A stretch of 11,220 nt of DNA from Candidatus Aenigmatarchaeota archaeon (GTDB lineage: Archaea > Aenigmatarchaeota > Aenigmatarchaeia > GW2011-AR5). How positions within the stretch are numbered: position 1 is the stretch's first letter; the number at the start of each line of letters is the position of its first letter. The position numbers were made by a program, and so were the translations under genes. Shown piece by piece: positions 7,127 to 11,220 of this stretch. The stretch is taken from positions 1-11,220 of the forward strand of contig JAZDNV010000012.1 of NCBI GenBank assembly GCA_043799385.1, in the 5' to 3' direction. Below the pieces are notes generated by a model. The model was not told the origin of the DNA. It did not search any database and saw nothing but the letters and a program-made list of their open reading frames with translations.

Positions 7127-7972
7127 TTATTCGATTCCTCTAAGAAATTCAAGTATGCATTTCGGCAAATCCTCGTGATAACCGCCTTCAAGCACTGCAA
7201 ACGTGGGCTTCTTTAATCCAGCAACAAGACTAGCTATCTCACGATACGTCTTTACATTTAATTCTATATTGAGCAGCGGGTCGTTCTTGTACGTGTCGAA
7301 TCCAGCTGATACCGCAATCAGGTCTGGGTTGAATTCATCTATCTTTTCTATCGCGTCTTCCAGAGTTTCCAGATATTTATCCGGTTTTGTTCCTGGCAGC
7401 AACGGATAATTAAAGCAATTGTTTTCTGATATGAAACCGGACATCGGAAATGCATTTTTCTGGTGCAACGAAACATAAAGAACTCCTTCTGTTCCGAAAA
7501 ATATGTCCTGCGTTCCGTTGCCGTGGTGACCGTCTATATCTAATATAGCTATTCTATCTAACTTCATCATCGCCTTCCTAACTGCAATTGCTATATTATT
7601 GAAATAGCAGAAACCGCCGAGAAAATTCTTTCCAGCATGATGACCAGGAGGACGCATAAGAGAGAAAGTATTCTCATTATCCTTCATCGTGTGTTTCATT
7701 GCAGCAACTGCTCCGCCTGCCGAAAGGCTTGCAATCTCGTAGATTTTTGGCAGATTCGGCGATTCCTTGTCAAAAAAATTTCCGCTTGCTACGCTATTTA
7801 CAAATCTTTTCGAGTGCACGAGAATCATGTCCTTTTTCTTGCACGGCATTGCTTCAGAAATCGTGAACTCATCCTTCAGCAATTCGTAAGTATTTTTGAC
7901 TCGCGCCGGCGATTCGAAATGTCCCTCCTGCCAGTAATCAAGGCATTTAGGCGAGTAAAAAATTTTAACCAT
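7127..7972 (-). CDS. Histone deacetylase family protein (Zn-dependent, AcuC/AphA-like), 281 aa
   Basis: HFESPAR, RPPGHHAG, GFCYFNNIAIA, DIDGHHGNGTQDIF, SLHQ, SAGFD...DPL and LEGGY. All catalytic motifs appear intact. Confidence 0.95.
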   Translation of the reverse strand: MVKIFYSPKCLDYWQEGHFESPARVKNTYELLKDEFTISEAMPCKKKDMILVHSKRFVNSVASGNFFDKESPNLPKIYEIASLSAGGAVAAMKHTMKDNENTFSLMRPPGHHAGKNFLGGFCYFNNIAIAVRKAMMKLDRIAILDIDGHHGNGTQDIFFGTEGVLYVSLHQKNAFPMSGFISENNCFNYPLLPGTKPDKYLETLEDAIEKIDEFNPDLIAVSAGFDTYKNDPLLNIELNVKTYREIASLVAGLKKPTFAVLEGGYHEDLPKCILEFLRGIE

Positions 7973-7996
7973 AATAGAATATTGGTTTCCTCCTAT

Positions 7997-8761
7997 TTAT
8001 CTTTTGTTAGGGATAGAGAACGCTTTTTTCGCATTTCTCGTGGTCGCAGCTAGCACTTCTTCAACAGAAACGCCCTTGATGTCTGCTATAATTTTGGCTG
8101 ATTCAATTATATTCCACGGCCGGTTCTTTCTCTCATTCGAGAATGGGTCAAGCCACGGCGCGTCCGTTTCGAGAAGCATTTTCTCTAACGGAGTTTCAGA
8201 AACGAGTCGCGGATGTTTTTTTGTCTTGCATATGATTGTTGCGAATGAAATCCAATAATCTCTGCTCAGGGCTTTTTTCAGATTACCGTCGCTTCCAGAA
8301 AAGCAGTGCAGAACCACATTTTCTGCATTTTGCTTCTCAAGAATATCGAGAACATCAGAAAAAGCGTTTGTGTTTTCAATGCCGTTCCTTGTATGAACGA
8401 CTAAAGGCAACGTTAGTTCTTTCGCAAGCTCTATAAACTGCGAAAATACTTTTTTCATCCTGTCGTCGTATTCTTCGCTGTAATCAAGCCCCACTTCGCC
8501 AATCGCTACGATTCTGTTTTGATTTGCCCTTATGAATTCCATATATTCATTAATCTGCTCGTCGCTGTAATCTTTTACGCAGTGCGGATGAAAGCCTAGC
8601 GAAACATATAAAAAATCGCGATGCTTCTCACTTAATTGCAGAATCTTTTCCGCCTCTTTCGGGTCAGCGACTGATGTTATAATCGCTGTCATCTTCTTCC
8701 TTGCTTCTGCGATTACTTCTTCCGCCGGCATATGTTCCATGTGGCAGTGGACGTCAATCAT
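7997..8761 (-). CDS. tatD: TatD family metal-dependent nuclease/hydrolase, 254 aa
   Basis: IDVHCH, GFHP, AIGEVGLDY, PLVVHTR, LHCFSG and LLETDAPWL motifs. Confidence 0.95.
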   Translation of the reverse strand: MIDVHCHMEHMPAEEVIAEARKKMTAIITSVADPKEAEKILQLSEKHRDFLYVSLGFHPHCVKDYSDEQINEYMEFIRANQNRIVAIGEVGLDYSEEYDDRMKKVFSQFIELAKELTLPLVVHTRNGIENTNAFSDVLDILEKQNAENVVLHCFSGSDGNLKKALSRDYWISFATIICKTKKHPRLVSETPLEKMLLETDAPWLDPFSNERKNRPWNIIESAKIIADIKGVSVEEVLAATTRNAKKAFSIPNKR

Positions 8762-8773
8762 AATAGAACTAAT

Positions 8774-9403
8774 CTACACAGACCTTAAAAATATATTGTA
8801 CCTGATGATGAGTATTGATATAAGCTCTCCATAACTATCTATGTCAGAACCACTCAACCCTAGTATATCTTTTATCATGGCATTTTCTTCGGAGTTTATC
8901 TCTCCTTCTGGCAATCCGTATTCGCTGAAATAATATTTAAGAAAGTTCAACCTGTTTATCCTGGCATCTTCTGTAAGACCTTTCTCGTCGAAGAATGACT
9001 CTATTTCTACCATACCGTCAATCATCTTTATCACATTTTCCTTGCTCCTGCTTGTTCCGATCTCATTGAGGTTTAACGAATCCCATTCATCACTGATGCC
9101 AAAAGACTTGTTCACATATTCGTACTGCTTTTCTATAACGCTCATCTCGCTTGCAAGCAGAAATATTGCTGTTCCTTTCTGCTCACCGTCCGCATCAATT
9201 ATGCATGACCAGTCACATCCAGTGACGTTCTTTATCTTTTCCTGCGCAGTCGAGTCAGAATCAGAAACGTAGAAAACATCGTCCAGCATTACATTCGGTT
9301 TTTCTGCCTTCTCTTCAATAAATCTAGGCAAGAACTGCCATGACAGTATAACAACTAAAAGAACCAGTACGCAGATTTCAAAAACGATTCTTTTTGATAC
9401 CAT
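8774..9403 (-). CDS. Hypothetical protein with N-terminal membrane anchor/signal peptide and acidic helical domain, 209 aa
   Basis: Basic N-terminus (SKR) followed by the hydrophobic IVFEICVLVLLVVILSWQFL, then a D/E-rich body with a CDWSC motif. The ATG lies 2 nt after the upstream stop, with GGTGG 6 nt upstream. Confidence 0.8.
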   Translation of the reverse strand: MVSKRIVFEICVLVLLVVILSWQFLPRFIEEKAEKPNVMLDDVFYVSDSDSTAQEKIKNVTGCDWSCIIDADGEQKGTAIFLLASEMSVIEKQYEYVNKSFGISDEWDSLNLNEIGTSRSKENVIKMIDGMVEIESFFDEKGLTEDARINRLNFLKYYFSEYGLPEGEINSEENAMIKDILGLSGSDIDSYGELISILIIRYNIFLRSV

Positions 9404-9405
9404 AG

Positions 9406-11220
9406 TTATCCACCGAAAAGCATTTCCAATTTATTGTCCGGTAAATCCCATTTCAGGAATTCATCAAAAGCACTGTTTCCACCGCCGGAATTTGCAATAG
9501 CCTCAGCAATTATCCTTTGTACGTCATCCCTAGTAGCCCCTTTATCCAAGAGTTTAGCAGCTAGGTCTTCGGACTTTTTCAGATAGTTTTCTACAATTGC
9601 ACGTTCAGTCTGACTCAAACCTAATGGATAAGCCTGGTCTATATAATAGCGTGCCACGTTAGGCGAGCCTACGGCAGTCCATCCTTGCAATTCATCAAGC
9701 AGATACCTTGAACCCGCGAAGCTTTCAACAACGTTCATCCTATCTCTAGTCAAAACACGTATCTTGGCATGATTCATCTCATGGAAAATAGTTCCGTCAG
9801 ACACCGGACTGCCTTTACGGATTGCGGCAATACCGCCTGCTTTATTCAACAGACCAGGTCTTCCAACTTTTTTTCCATCGAAACCATCAAGCGCTGGATT
9901 TATCCAAAATATCTGCTTAGAACCTCCAGTAACAAATAAGTCAGTAGGGAACTCTATGATTATCGCATGCTCGAAGCCCTCGTTGGTCATGTCCCACTTT
10001 GCAGACTGCTCTGACGCAAGCCTAGAAACCTCGTCAGATGACCATATCTTGGCTCCTTTGAGGTCATCTGCACTGAGCACTACATTATAATTTGAGAGGT
10101 CTTCTGCGAGTTTGACTCTTTGCGCATAGGTGCTCAAATCGCCGTATTCGTTTCTAACAAGATAACCTGATGTACGAGCATTCTCAAACCTAATCTTAAT
10201 TTCCGAATTTCTTGTGGTTATGGAATCAAGCGGGTCTACTCTAACTTTTTTGTTTCCCTCAACAGCGTCAAGGTAATCATTGTAATATTTCCTGTTCATG
10301 ATGTCAGGTTCCATTGCTATGGCGCGTTCGACCAGTTCGATTTCTTCGTCTACTGACTTGAATAGTTTATACTGCAACTGATAAACAATCATTCCGTATT
10401 CCTTGTCAGTGCCGATGATGTTGCCTGCTCTTGGTTTGATGACCAGTTCGAACAGTTCATCGAAATTACTTCTCGACATTCCCTCCACGCCGTTCTCGCA
10501 TAAATCCTTGACAACGTCTGTGCTGATTTTTCCATTTTCGATAAGCAATTTCATGTCGTTGATGGCGTTCTTGTAAGCAGGATACTCGAAAATGAAATCA
10601 TCCGCTGTTTTCAATACTTTTCCGCCGGTGCCAACACCGCCAGAACCTTTTACCGCTGGCGGGTCGATCGTTTTTACGGAATTGCCTGAAAAATCAGTTA
10701 TCTGTGCCTTGCCGTTTTCTATAACTGCATATTTCGGGTTTATTCTACCGCCATAATTGCTAGAGAAGATTGTGGTAACCTTTCCGTCAAAGGATACCTT
10801 ATACCCATCAGCTACTGTTTCATGTGACCTTATGATTCCTTTAATATTGGTTGTTCCCAAGAAATCATCGACCGCCTGCTCTCCGTATGTATTGCCTACG
10901 CCTCGCGCACTCGGGCCGAAAGTTGTTACTGTATCGCTCGGGTCATTCCATAACACCCCTAATTCATAACTAGCAAGGTCATCAAGGCTTTTTGCGCCAT
11001 TAGGTATGCCGCCATGCACAAGAAGATAGCCGTCGTCTGTATATGCGGCAATAGGCATATTTGCAAATAAATCCTGGTAAGCACTCAACAGTGTAGGATT
11101 GTTAAGTTTTGTCGGGAAGTCGTAAGGCGTGAACGACTGCATGGCATATGCTTCGTGATTTCCTCTTAGCATGATAAACATATCTTCATATCCAGTGCCT
11201 TTCAAGTATCTTTTAAACTC
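9406..11220 (-). CDS. 5'-truncated multidomain protein: PPP-family Ser/Thr phosphatase domain + Gly-rich linker + helical region + C-terminal HExxH metallopeptidase-like domain
   Basis: The frame is open to the window edge (EFKRYLKGTG...), so TTG 11205 is not the true start. PPP motifs: LRGNHE (11152-11169), MPIAA, VHGGI, LWNDP, SARG, IIRSHE..DGY, TIFSSNY. Linker PPAVKGSGGVGTGG at ~10620-10665. TIFHEMNH (HEMNH at 9769-9783) with a Glu 26 residues later. Confidence 0.88.
   Translation of the reverse strand, partial: EFKRYLKGTGYEDMFIMLRGNHEAYAMQSFTPYDFPTKLNNPTLLSAYQDLFANMPIAAYTDDGYLLVHGGIPNGAKSLDDLASYELGVLWNDPSDTVTTFGPSARGVGNTYGEQAVDDFLGTTNIKGIIRSHETVADGYKVSFDGKVTTIFSSNYGGRINPKYAVIENGKAQITDFSGNSVKTIDPPAVKGSGGVGTGGKVLKTADDFIFEYPAYKNAINDMKLLIENGKISTDVVKDLCENGVEGMSRSNFDELFELVIKPRAGNIIGTDKEYGMIVYQLQYKLFKSVDEEIELVERAIAMEPDIMNRKYYNDYLDAVEGNKKVRVDPLDSITTRNSEIKIRFENARTSGYLVRNEYGDLSTYAQRVKLAEDLSNYNVVLSADDLKGAKIWSSDEVSRLASEQSAKWDMTNEGFEHAIIIEFPTDLFVTGGSKQIFWINPALDGFDGKKVGRPGLLNKAGGIAAIRKGSPVSDGTIFHEMNHAKIRVLTRDRMNVVESFAGSRYLLDELQGWTAVGSPNVARYYIDQAYPLGLSQTERAIVENYLKKSEDLAAKLLDKGATRDDVQRIIAEAIANSGGGNSAFDEFLKWDLPDNKLEMLFGG

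Noticed and set aside
1721..10969. Remaining 60-138 aa ORFs nested in or antisense to the main genes (e.g. 7637-8053, 3700-3942, 8004-8258, 10757-10969)
   Set aside because: All overlap well-supported genes and show no motifs. They are shadow ORFs.
11203..11205. TTG start assigned to the 599-aa ORF
   Set aside because: The frame stays open to the window edge and the N-terminal PPP motifs are missing, so the gene begins outside the window.
1..11220. CRISPR array, tRNA/rRNA genes, IS elements or inteins
   Set aside because: No regularly spaced repeats, cloverleaf-like segments, transposase motifs or unexplained insertions in the conserved proteins were seen by eye.

Overview
Archaeal genomic DNA. 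The host is probably a small-genome DPANN-type lineage, inferred from the aRF1 'HTELVS' motif, the compact aRF1 C-domain, archaeal-type Cmk and ValRS, tight gene packing and mostly SD-less starts. There are three zones. (1) An AT-rich accessory segment (1-~1390) encodes a hypothetical protein, an HExxH intramembrane metalloprotease and a 59-aa hydrophobic cationic peptide that the ORF track missed. (2) A housekeeping core holds an IMPase/FBPase-family protein with substituted catalytic aspartates, cmk, an MBL-fold hydrolase, valS with a HIGA signature and aRF1. (3) A tightly packed minus-strand run starts with the 3' end of a large multidomain protein (PPP-family Ser/Thr phosphatase domain, Gly linker, helical region, C-terminal HExxH...E metallopeptidase-like domain), followed by a closely coupled membrane-anchored acidic protein, TatD and a histone-deacetylase-family protein. 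The best novel-system candidates are the phosphatase/protease effector with its possible immunity gene and the peptide plus membrane-protease cassette. No rRNA, tRNA, CRISPR array or transposase was recognised. All calls come from manual motif reading; no searches were run.
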